A stretch of DNA of 64,000 nucleotides from an uncultured Bacteroidota bacterium (GTDB lineage: Bacteria > Bacteroidota > Bacteroidia > Flavobacteriales > Flavobacteriaceae), in NCBI GenBank assembly GCA_902520765.1, contig CABYPG010000008.1:4859-68858 (forward strand). Direction: 5' to 3'. Shown here in pieces: positions 45,100-54,162 of this stretch (position 1 is the first letter of the stretch; every line of letters starts with the position of its first letter). The notes under the pieces were generated by a model. The model did no database searches. It had not been told where the DNA came from and saw nothing but the letters and a program-made list of their open reading frames with translations. Position numbers and translations under genes: made by a program.

Positions 45100-46833
45100 C
45101 TAGTAGTTAGGATCTTGAGTTAAAGTTGGCTCACCCTCTGAGAATGATCTATCAATCGCATAAGTTGGAATTGGATAGAATTCATTTTTAGGTGAGGTAA
45201 AGGACTTACCTTGGAGGTAAACTCTATAACGTGATTCTCTTGAAAGATATTCGTTAAGAACTTGAGATTGAACACCCCATCTTTGTAAGTCAAAGAAACG
45301 ATTACCTTCCATAGCAGTTTCAAGTCTAGACTCGTAACGCACAGCCTTTCTTGCAATAGCTTGGTCAGTCCAAGCTGCAGTATACTCACCAATAACATAG
45401 TTTGCACCTGGTGCTCCTGTTAAAGTGTAGTCAGCACGAGTTGCGCCTTGAGTTGCACCCTTATTAAATCCGTCTGGGTTAGCAGCACGTCTTCTTAGAT
45501 CGTTTATTTGAGCACGAGCGTCTTCTAGTCGTCCAGCTTCAACATAAGCTTCAGCCAACCAAAGTTTAACGTGTCCTAAACGCATAATTCTAAAATTATT
45601 CGCAGAAAGGTTACCCCATCCACCAATACCAAATCCTTCTGGTTCAGCAATATGCTTTTTAGAAAAATATGGACCTGCATAAGTTAAATCACGAATGTAA
45701 TCTACTTGCATAATGTGGTGGTTCTTGAATAGTTGTCCTGGACGTCCAACAGTGTGGTCAAGTCTTGGGTCAACACTTGGATCTCCAATAGGCTCACCTA
45801 TATTAGCTCCTGTAGGATTAGTGATATGATTAGTTTTCCAAGATTCGTCTAATAATGGTAATCCATTAGCGTCAGTTTGGAAGAAATCTACTAAGTCCTG
45901 AGGTGCTTGTAAGAAACCACAGCATCCCCAAGGGGCAATATATGGGTGTGCAAGACCAATTTCAGCATTAGATGCATTTGTGTCAGCACTACTAACAGCA
46001 TACTGAATTTCAAAAATGGATTCTGAATTGTTTCTAGTAGCTACCAAATAGTTGTCTTCAAATTTGTCGACAAGTGTAAATGGACCGTTGTTAACAATAT
46101 TCTCCAAAATTGGAAGTGCAGAAGTATAGTCACCACTATAGACTAATGCTTTAGCTTGATAAGCTAATGCAGCCCATTTAGTAGCTCTACCTGCCTCAGT
46201 TTGGGTTTCTGGAAGCGCAGCTGCAGCATCAGCAAAGTCTTGAATGACGTTAGCCCAAATCTTTCCCGTATTAGGAACTTTTGAAGCCTCTAGATCATCT
46301 AAGGTAAAGTTAGCTTCGCTAACATACTTAGGTGTTCTATACATCTTCTGCATTTCAAAGTGTTGCCAACCTCTAATAAATTTAGCTTCACCGATTATTT
46401 GCGCAGCCCTAGCTGCATCAATATCTTCAGCTTCTGCTACACTATTTATAACGTCATTAGCTCTAGCAGCACCCCAATATCCAGATCTCCACTTGTCGCG
46501 GTTGTGAACATTAAAAGTGTTAAAGTCATATGACTCAATAAATGAGTGCTCTGGCTGGTCACCAGCATCAGTTCCTTTTAATGCATTATCAGAAGATATT
46601 GCACCAAAAATCCAGGACCAGGTAGAATAATACCATGTTCCTCCTCCGCTCATTCCGTAACCTGCAAGGGTACGGTAAGCAGCGACCAGTTTCCCTTCAA
46701 TACCGTCTGCATTAGCTAATGCTGGTCCAGAAAGTGAAGCCTGGGGCTCTTTTGTTAAAAATTCCTCATCACAAGCAACCGTAAGAGTTACAATGGCTAG
46801 TGAAGCAAAAAATAGATTTTTCAAATTTTTCAT
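45100..46833 (-). CDS. susD: SusD/RagB family nutrient-binding outer membrane lipoprotein
   Basis: 577 aa with the lipobox LTVAC followed by acidic DEEF. It has a TPR-like helical composition and lies immediately downstream (19 nt) of susC. Confidence 0.88.
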   Translation of the reverse strand: MKNLKNLFFASLAIVTLTVACDEEFLTKEPQASLSGPALANADGIEGKLVAAYRTLAGYGMSGGGTWYYSTWSWIFGAISSDNALKGTDAGDQPEHSFIESYDFNTFNVHNRDKWRSGYWGAARANDVINSVAEAEDIDAARAAQIIGEAKFIRGWQHFEMQKMYRTPKYVSEANFTLDDLEASKVPNTGKIWANVIQDFADAAAALPETQTEAGRATKWAALAYQAKALVYSGDYTSALPILENIVNNGPFTLVDKFEDNYLVATRNNSESIFEIQYAVSSADTNASNAEIGLAHPYIAPWGCCGFLQAPQDLVDFFQTDANGLPLLDESWKTNHITNPTGANIGEPIGDPSVDPRLDHTVGRPGQLFKNHHIMQVDYIRDLTYAGPYFSKKHIAEPEGFGIGGWGNLSANNFRIMRLGHVKLWLAEAYVEAGRLEDARAQINDLRRRAANPDGFNKGATQGATRADYTLTGAPGANYVIGEYTAAWTDQAIARKAVRYESRLETAMEGNRFFDLQRWGVQSQVLNEYLSRESRYRVYLQGKSFTSPKNEFYPIPTYAIDRSFSEGEPTLTQDPNY

Positions 46834-46852
46834 TTTACAAAATAATTAATTA

Positions 46853-49800
46853 TTAAAATAATGATAGATTCAATCCTACAGTCAGTGTTCGTGAAACCGG
46901 CATAAATCCTCCGTCGTATCCTAATTGAATATCATTAGATGTCTGAACTTCTGGGTTTAGACCAGAATAGTTCGTGACAGTTAATAGATTTTGACCTTGG
47001 AAATATATGTTTCCTCCACTTATACCTAAAGTGTCGTTTAATTCGTCACTAAACGTATAAGTAAGTTGTACGTTTCTCAATCTGAAATATGAACCATCTT
47101 CTATTAAATAAGAAGAAGTTCTACTACTAATCTGATCGTTCGCGTCCATAATAGGAGACGTAGCGTCAGGGTCAGCAGCTGTCCATTGTGATCTTGGAGC
47201 AGACGGATTGCTTGGTTGCCAAGCATCGTTAAGTGCTCTTGTAGATCTGTTACCTTGGAATGTGTTAAAGTCAGCAAAGTATCTTACGTAATTGTAGATA
47301 TCGTTTCCTTGAACTCCATTTCCAAAGAGAGTCAAATTGATATTTTTATAAGTTAAACTCAAGTTTATACCGTATGTAAAGTCAGGGTGTGGATTACCGA
47401 TGACAGTTCTGTCGTCATCATTAATCTCGCCATCATTATTAATATCAGCGTACTTGAATTTACCAGGTGCATTATAACCTGTTGTTCCGTAAGGTGCGTG
47501 AGCATCAGCTTCAGCTTGAGACTGGAATATGCCTTCCACTTCAAAACCATATAGTGAAGATATTGGATCTCCTACCTGAGTAACAGTTAGGGCAGGAACC
47601 CTTCTGTTAGAACCAAAGATAGGTGTCGAAAATTCATCTAAAGCAAGTATATCATTTCTATAAGTTGAAATGTTACCCGTAATCGATAAATTAAGATCAC
47701 CAAAAGTGTCATCATAGGTAAGTCCGAAATCAATACCCTCGTTATACATCTCACCGATGTTGACAGCTGGAGCGCCAGCATCACCCGCAGAATAGATAAC
47801 AGGTACAGTAAGAAGTAAGTCAGTAGTAGTTCTGTTCCATAAGTCTAATTCAACAAATAGTTTTTGTCCACCTAATGCTGCATCCAAACCAATATTGTTT
47901 GAAACAGTAGCTTCCCATTTTGCTGCTGGATTACCAAAGGTATCAGGAGCATAACCAAGAGTGGCTGCTGAGTTACTTCCATCAATTGGATAACCTGTCC
48001 TATAAGAACCAGATCCAAACGTAGTATAAGCATTGTAGTCTCCAATTTCTTGGTTACCAGTTTTACCCCATCCGTATCTAATTTTAAGGTCATCTATGAA
48101 AGATATTCCAGACATAAAGTCTTCTTCAGAAACCCTCCAACCAACACTAAATGCTGGGAAAAATGCGCTGTTAGAAGCTTGTCTAAATCTTGAAGATTGG
48201 TCATTACGAACAGTTACTGTCGCAAGATATTTCTCGTTGTATTGGTAGTTAGCTTGTGCAAACTGTGACCATAAAGAGAAGTCTTTAGAAATATTACCAA
48301 AGTTTGAAGCAGTAGCTTGGTTACCAAGATCTAGGTAACTTATAATAGAGGTAGTTTCAAATGGGAATCTCTCTCTTGCAGCACCAAAGAATTCTGAAAA
48401 ACCTTGAATTGCCTCAACACCAGCATAAGCACTAATATCGTGAACATCAGCAATAACTTTAGACCATGAGAGGGTATTTGTAAATGTCCACTCGTATCCC
48501 CAATTTTGCTCAGCTCTAGAACTATTTATAAAGTTACCTTCAACATATTCAGGCTGAGGTCTTCCAATGTCAACACGTCTGTTTGTTGTAATATCAGCAC
48601 CAAAGCTTGATCTTATTTTGAAGTCATCAGCAATTGTTATTTGTGCATAAGCATTACCAAACATTCTAGCTCTTCTAGTTCTGTCATCTTGATTTCTGGA
48701 CTGTGAAGCATAAGGGTTATAGTTATTACCAAGGTTTAGACCCCTAGAACCAGCAAAGTTTCCAGCAATATCGTAATTAGGAAGAAGTGGGTGGTGTTTG
48801 TATGAACCAGAAACAGCATTTTGCTCGCCGTCGTTACCATAACCACCTTTTCTGTTATCAAGGTTTAATGATAAGTTTTCACCAACCTCTAATTTACCGC
48901 CAAATGTTTTAGTAGAAGAGTTTACACGAATTGTTGCTCTCTCATACCCTTGGTACTTAATTACGGCATCTTGTTTAAAATAAGAAGCACTGAATGCATA
49001 TTGAGAATTCTCATTAGCACCACTTGCATCTATTTGATGTTGTAAGATTGGTGCGTTGTTATTTGTTAATAACTCCCACCAGTTTGTATCTGCTGATCTA
49101 GTAATCGCATATATATTGTCTGGAGTTAATGAGTAAAGAGATTCGTCAACTGAACTAGCTCCACTAGGGAAAACATAGTTTGGTATAGTAATCTGGGGGT
49201 TTTCTGGTGTTCCACTAAATCCGTACTGACCGTGAGATGGTGTTTTGCCTGCATAATAGTCAGCAAGATATAGGTACTCACCTAAACCTGCTGCATCTAA
49301 TGCCTCAACGTCCTTCTCTGGAGTTTGCCAACCGTAGAATGTACTGTAACGGATAGTTGGGGAACCGATTTTACCTTTTTTTGTTGTAATAATGATTACA
49401 CCGTTCGCCGCACGAGAACCATAAATAGAAGCCGCAGATGCATCTTTAAGAATTTGTAAAGATTCTATATCCTGCGGGTTAAGGTTACCTTGAGACTTAG
49501 ATGGTACACCATCAATAACGTAAAGTGGTTCGTTGTTTCCAGTTGTTCCGAAACCACGGATACGAACTGTAGCTTCACCACCAGGTGTTGCATCACTTAC
49601 AATAGAAATACCCGAAGCTCTACCTTGCATTTGCTGCGAAAATGTTGTCGCAGGAACTGCTGTAAGATCGTCAGCTTCTATTGTTGATACTGCTCCTGTA
49701 ATATCTCTTTTAGATTGCGTACCATAACCAGTAGTTACGATAACTTCATCTAATAGATTACCTAGAGCCATTGTTATGTTTAAATTGTCACCATCAACTG

Positions 49801-50047
49801 CAACTTCTTGAGTTTCATAACCTACAAACGAAACAATAAGGATATCTCCTTGGGCTGCTTCAATTGAAAAGTTACCGTCAAAATCAGTTGTGGCGAAATC
49901 ATTTGTCCCTTGAACTAGTACAGTAGCACCAGGAAGTGGACCGTCATCGCTCGTTACGACTCCCGTAACTGTTTGAGCGAAAATTCCCACACTCAACATA
50001 AAAGCGAAGAGGAATGAGAATTTCTTAAAGAACTCTTTTTTCATCAT
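46853..50047 (-). CDS. susC: SusC/RagA family TonB-linked outer membrane transporter
   Basis: 1064 aa with a signal peptide, a CarboxypepD_reg-like domain (VTGVVTSDDGPLPGATVLVQGT), a TonB box/plug (DEVIVTTGYGTQSKRDITGAVS) and a large barrel ending VGLNLSLF. It has no STN signalling extension. Confidence 0.92.
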   Translation of the reverse strand: MMKKEFFKKFSFLFAFMLSVGIFAQTVTGVVTSDDGPLPGATVLVQGTNDFATTDFDGNFSIEAAQGDILIVSFVGYETQEVAVDGDNLNITMALGNLLDEVIVTTGYGTQSKRDITGAVSTIEADDLTAVPATTFSQQMQGRASGISIVSDATPGGEATVRIRGFGTTGNNEPLYVIDGVPSKSQGNLNPQDIESLQILKDASAASIYGSRAANGVIIITTKKGKIGSPTIRYSTFYGWQTPEKDVEALDAAGLGEYLYLADYYAGKTPSHGQYGFSGTPENPQITIPNYVFPSGASSVDESLYSLTPDNIYAITRSADTNWWELLTNNNAPILQHQIDASGANENSQYAFSASYFKQDAVIKYQGYERATIRVNSSTKTFGGKLEVGENLSLNLDNRKGGYGNDGEQNAVSGSYKHHPLLPNYDIAGNFAGSRGLNLGNNYNPYASQSRNQDDRTRRARMFGNAYAQITIADDFKIRSSFGADITTNRRVDIGRPQPEYVEGNFINSSRAEQNWGYEWTFTNTLSWSKVIADVHDISAYAGVEAIQGFSEFFGAARERFPFETTSIISYLDLGNQATASNFGNISKDFSLWSQFAQANYQYNEKYLATVTVRNDQSSRFRQASNSAFFPAFSVGWRVSEEDFMSGISFIDDLKIRYGWGKTGNQEIGDYNAYTTFGSGSYRTGYPIDGSNSAATLGYAPDTFGNPAAKWEATVSNNIGLDAALGGQKLFVELDLWNRTTTDLLLTVPVIYSAGDAGAPAVNIGEMYNEGIDFGLTYDDTFGDLNLSITGNISTYRNDILALDEFSTPIFGSNRRVPALTVTQVGDPISSLYGFEVEGIFQSQAEADAHAPYGTTGYNAPGKFKYADINNDGEINDDDRTVIGNPHPDFTYGINLSLTYKNINLTLFGNGVQGNDIYNYVRYFADFNTFQGNRSTRALNDAWQPSNPSAPRSQWTAADPDATSPIMDANDQISSRTSSYLIEDGSYFRLRNVQLTYTFSDELNDTLGISGGNIYFQGQNLLTVTNYSGLNPEVQTSNDIQLGYDGGFMPVSRTLTVGLNLSLF

Positions 50048-50281
50048 TTGGTTTTAAATTATTTTTAATTAATTCTTTTGATTTCGTTTAATCAACCTAC
50101 AATTATAGTGATGTTTTTTTTAATTTCTTAATATTTTGTTAAGAAAATGACGATATCATATATTTTAGGGGTTTTGTTTAAGAATTTAAATATCCTGGTA
50201 AACAATCTGACTTTCACATAGTTTAATAACTATTACAAATATGCTTTAATTCCAAAATTTTGATATTTTAAGGTTAAATGG

Positions 50282-51211
50282 CTAGCTTTTAAGAAATTTT
50301 ATATTTCTTTTAAGCCCATCGAATTTTGTCCTTTTGATAGCACTATTTTTAAATACCTTGTCAAAAACCTCTTCTGTAATCTCACTCCATTCATTCTTTG
50401 TCATTTTCAAAAGTTCTTCTTTGGGTGAAAAAGATTCTTCCTCATGCTCATTTGCAAATCGATTCCAAGGACATACGGTCTGACAAATATCGCATCCAAA
50501 AGCCCAATTATCCATTTTATCTTTAAATTCATTTGGTATTTGATCTTCAAGCTCTATTGTCAGATAGGAAATACACTTACTACCATCAATTTGATAAGGT
50601 GCTATTAATGCTTCAGTAGGGCACGCATCAATACATTTAGTACAACTCCCACAATGGTCAGTGGTTGGCCTGTCATATTCTAATTCTAAGTCGACAATTA
50701 CTTCTGCAATAAAGAAAAAGGATCCTGTTTTTTTTGAAATTAGATTTGTATTCTTACCTATCCATCCTAAACCACTTCTTGAGGCCCAAGCCTTTTCCAT
50801 GATAGGCGCTGAATCAACGAATACTCTTCCTCCAACATCACCAATCTCACTTTTAATATAACTCATCAATTCTTTCAATTTTCTTTTAATAACAAAATGA
50901 TAATCCTCTCCAAATGCATATGTTGAAATTTTTGGTGCTTGGTTATCGTCCTGTTTTTGATTAGTATAATAATTGAAAAGAAGAGAAATGACACTTTTTG
51001 AATCTGGAACTAGTAGTCTTGGGTCGAGTCTTTTATCAAAGTTTTTTTCCATGTAGGCCATTTCCCCGTTATGGTTTTGGTTTAACCATTTTTCTAATCT
51101 AGGCGCTTCCTCTTCCAAAAAATCAGCTTTTGAAATTCCACAAGAAATAAAACCAAGGTGTTTAGCTTTATTTTTAATGAGTTTTGAATTATTTTGGGCG
51201 TTTGAATCCAT
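50282..51211 (-). CDS. queG: Epoxyqueuosine reductase
   Basis: 309 aa with two 4Fe-4S motifs ([24 protein letters not shown]) and a C-terminal HEAT-like tail. Confidence 0.88.
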   Translation of the reverse strand: MDSNAQNNSKLIKNKAKHLGFISCGISKADFLEEEAPRLEKWLNQNHNGEMAYMEKNFDKRLDPRLLVPDSKSVISLLFNYYTNQKQDDNQAPKISTYAFGEDYHFVIKRKLKELMSYIKSEIGDVGGRVFVDSAPIMEKAWASRSGLGWIGKNTNLISKKTGSFFFIAEVIVDLELEYDRPTTDHCGSCTKCIDACPTEALIAPYQIDGSKCISYLTIELEDQIPNEFKDKMDNWAFGCDICQTVCPWNRFANEHEEESFSPKEELLKMTKNEWSEITEEVFDKVFKNSAIKRTKFDGLKRNIKFLKS

Positions 51212-51228
51212 AATTAATATTTGGATCT

Positions 51229-52248
51229 CTAGAAAAGACCTCCTTGACTATTTTTTATTCTCCCAAGATGCTTGTAGGCTCGCATGGTTACTTCACGACC
51301 TCTTGGAGTTCGAACAATAAAACCTTGTTGTATTAAAAAAGGCTCGTATACTTCCTCTATTGTTTCAGCATTTTCGGAAACAGCAGTTGCTAAGGTCGTA
51401 ATCCCAACAGGACCTCCGTTAAACTTATCTATAATTGAAATTAGGATTTTATTGTCCATTTCATCTAATCCAAAGGCATCAACTTGAAGTGCCTTTAGAC
51501 CAAATTGAGTAATTTTCTTATCAATTTTTCCATTTCCCTTTATTTGTGCAAAGTCTCTTATCCTTCTTAGTAAACCATTTGATATTCTTGGTGTACCCCG
51601 ACTTCTTCTAGCAATCTCAGTCGCAGCTTCATAATTTATTTCTACGTTTAATATATTGGCACTCCTTTCAAGTATCGTAGCCAACAGTTCAGTGGAATAA
51701 TATTCTAAACGATTACTAATACCAAAACGTGCTCTCATTGGAGCTGTTAAAAGCCCTGAACGAGTAGTTGCACCAACTAAAGTAAAAGGCTCCAAATTAA
51801 TTTGAACTGTTCTCGCATTTGGTCCTGACTCGATTAAAATATCAATTTTATAGTCCTCCATGGCAGAATATAGGTACTCCTCAACAATAGGGCTTAATCG
51901 GTGAATTTCATCGATAAATAAAATATCTCTGGGTTGAAGATTTGTCAGTAAACCAGCTAAGTCTCCAGGTTTATCTAAAACAGGTCCTGAGGTAAATTTG
52001 ATACCCACTTCCAATTCATTGGCTAAAATGTGAGCTAAAGTTGTTTTTCCTAATCCAGGCGGGCCATGAAATAAAGTGTGATCTAGGGCTTCCTCCCTTT
52101 GTTTTGCAGCAGTGACAAAAACTTTTAAATTCTCTAAAATACTTTCCTGTCCAGCAAAGTCATCAAAACTGATAGGCCTTAATGCTTTATCAATTTCGTT
52201 ATCTTCCTTAGAAAATTGCTTATCAGTGGGGTCTAAATGCTCATTCAT
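51229..52248 (-). CDS. ruvB: Holliday junction branch migration DNA helicase RuvB
   Basis: 339 aa with Walker [12 protein letters not shown], Walker B FIDEIHRL and the sensor [18 protein letters not shown]. Confidence 0.95.
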   Translation of the reverse strand: MNEHLDPTDKQFSKEDNEIDKALRPISFDDFAGQESILENLKVFVTAAKQREEALDHTLFHGPPGLGKTTLAHILANELEVGIKFTSGPVLDKPGDLAGLLTNLQPRDILFIDEIHRLSPIVEEYLYSAMEDYKIDILIESGPNARTVQINLEPFTLVGATTRSGLLTAPMRARFGISNRLEYYSTELLATILERSANILNVEINYEAATEIARRSRGTPRISNGLLRRIRDFAQIKGNGKIDKKITQFGLKALQVDAFGLDEMDNKILISIIDKFNGGPVGITTLATAVSENAETIEEVYEPFLIQQGFIVRTPRGREVTMRAYKHLGRIKNSQGGLF

Positions 52249-52253
52249 TTTCT

Positions 52254-52261
52254 CAAATATA
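52254..52261 (-). promoter_or_regulatory. Candidate -7 promoter box (TATATTTG) immediately upstream of ruvB
   Basis: Exact TAnnTTTG match with only 5 nt between the box and ATG 52248. Confidence 0.3.
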
Positions 52262-52350
52262 GCAAATCACCTGGTCTTGTGAAAAGGCATAATAAATAAA
52301 AAAAACGAGATCTATGAAACAAATATTTCTTTTATTACTAGACTACAAGA

Positions 52351-54138
52351 CTAATGTTGTAGTTCTTCTTCTCCCTTTTGAAGTGGTATATTTTGAGGCA
52401 TGAAATCTTCTTTATGTCCCGGTTTTGAATAATCATATGCCCATCGATGTACATGTGGGATCTCACCTTTCCAATTTCCGTGAAAATGCTCTATGGGTGC
52501 AGTCCACTCCAAAGTATTTGATCTCCATGGATTTTGAACTGTCTCCTTACCATAAAACATGCTATGTATAAAGTTATACAAGAATACAAGTTGAGCAAAA
52601 CCAGCAACTAAGGCGAAGACTGTAATTAACACATTTATATCTGCTAGATCATCAAAGTATGGAAAGGCAGTATTAGTGTAATAACGTCTTGGCAAACCTG
52701 CCATTCCAATAAAGTGCATTGGGAAAAATACTCCATAAGCACAAATAGCTGTTACCCAAAAATGAAAGTAACCCATATTTTTATTCATCATTCGTCCAAA
52801 CATCTTAGGGAACCAATGGTAAACCCCAGCAAATAATCCGTATAATGCAGAAATTCCCATAACTAAATGAAAGTGAGCCACAACAAAGTAAGTATCGTGT
52901 ACATTAATGTCAAGAGTGCTATCTCCTAAAATAATTCCTGTTAAGCCTCCTGTTATAAAAGTAGAAACTAATCCTATGGAAAAAAGCATTGCAGGGTTTA
53001 ATTGAAGATTTCCTTTCCAAAGCGTAGTAATGTAATTAAAAGCTTTAACGGCAGAAGGAATGGCTATAAGTAAGGTAGTGAATGTAAACACAGATCCAAG
53101 AAATGGATTCATTCCCGAAATAAACATATGGTGTCCCCAAACAATGGTAGATAAAAATGCAATTGCCAAAATTGAAGCAACCATAGCACGATAACCAAAA
53201 ATTGGCTTTCTTGCGTTTGTAGCTATAATTTCGGATGTTATACCTAGAGCCGGTAGTAATACTATGTAAACTTCTGGGTGGCCCAAAAACCAGAATAAAT
53301 GTTCATAAAGTACTGGTGATCCCCCCTGGTAGTGAAGAACTTCGCCTTGAATAAATATATCTGAAAGGAAAAATGAGGTGCCAAAACTTCTATCCATAAT
53401 TAAAAGTAAAGCAGCAGAAAGAAGAACTGGAAAGGAAACAACACCAATTATTGCAGTGACAAAAAATGCCCAAATGGTCAAAGGCAAACGAGTCATAGTC
53501 ATTCCTTTAGTTCTAAGATTGATCACAGTAACTATATAGTTCAATGACCCTAATAGAGAGGATGCAATAAAAATTGCCATCGATACTAACCATAACGTCA
53601 TTCCAGTACCTGAACCAGGTTGAGCTTGTGGTAAAGCAGAAAGCGGAGGATATATAGTCCATCCCGCAGCAGCAGGTCCGGCCTCTACAAAAAGTGACAT
53701 TACCATTATTACACTCGAGAGAAAGAAAAGCCAGAAAGAAATCATATTCAACAATCCTGATGCCATATCACGAGCTCCAATCTGCAAGGGGATTAAGAGG
53801 TTACTAAATGTTCCACTCAAACCTGCAGTTAAAACAAAAAATACCATTATTGTTCCATGAATGGTAACTAGAGCAAGGTAAACATTTGGATCCATTACCC
53901 CATCTGGTGCCCACTTTCCAAGTAGAACTTCAAAAATGCCAAATGGTTGTTCAGGCCATGCTAATTGCAAACGAAATAACAGAGACATTGCTATCCCAAT
54001 AATACCCATGAATAAGCCTGTTATTAAATACTGTTTAGAGATCATCTTATGATCTTGACTAAAAATATATTTTGTTACAAATGTTTCCTTATGATGATGT
54101 CCGTGATCCTCTTCTGTGTGTGCTACTGCTATTGACAT
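52351..54138 (-). CDS. ctaD: Cytochrome c oxidase subunit I (aa3-type)
   Basis: 595 aa with HLFWFLGHPEVYIVLLPALG, GHHMF and VVAHFHLVM haem/CuB ligand blocks. The N-terminus is His-rich (HTEEDHGHHHKE). Confidence 0.95.
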   Translation of the reverse strand: MSIAVAHTEEDHGHHHKETFVTKYIFSQDHKMISKQYLITGLFMGIIGIAMSLLFRLQLAWPEQPFGIFEVLLGKWAPDGVMDPNVYLALVTIHGTIMVFFVLTAGLSGTFSNLLIPLQIGARDMASGLLNMISFWLFFLSSVIMVMSLFVEAGPAAAGWTIYPPLSALPQAQPGSGTGMTLWLVSMAIFIASSLLGSLNYIVTVINLRTKGMTMTRLPLTIWAFFVTAIIGVVSFPVLLSAALLLIMDRSFGTSFFLSDIFIQGEVLHYQGGSPVLYEHLFWFLGHPEVYIVLLPALGITSEIIATNARKPIFGYRAMVASILAIAFLSTIVWGHHMFISGMNPFLGSVFTFTTLLIAIPSAVKAFNYITTLWKGNLQLNPAMLFSIGLVSTFITGGLTGIILGDSTLDINVHDTYFVVAHFHLVMGISALYGLFAGVYHWFPKMFGRMMNKNMGYFHFWVTAICAYGVFFPMHFIGMAGLPRRYYTNTAFPYFDDLADINVLITVFALVAGFAQLVFLYNFIHSMFYGKETVQNPWRSNTLEWTAPIEHFHGNWKGEIPHVHRWAYDYSKPGHKEDFMPQNIPLQKGEEELQH

Positions 54139-54162
54139 ATCTTTACTTTTTTTATAGTTTAA

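Noticed and set aside
45120-49727. Alternative-frame ORFs inside susD and susC (45120-45407, 47365-47550 and 47872-48093 on the minus strand; 49490-49687 and 49533-49727 on the plus strand).
   Set aside because: They are explained by the locally higher GC content, which lowers stop-codon frequency in off-frames. They have no motifs and no independent start context.
50048-50281. 234-nt leader upstream of susC, examined for a cobalamin or other riboswitch, an exact TAnnTTTG box, an ECF-type promoter and small ORFs.
   Set aside because: The region is uniformly AT-rich with no conserved riboswitch core such as a B12 box. It has only one-mismatch -7 candidates and only ORFs of 6 codons or fewer. 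Nothing is supportable from sequence alone.
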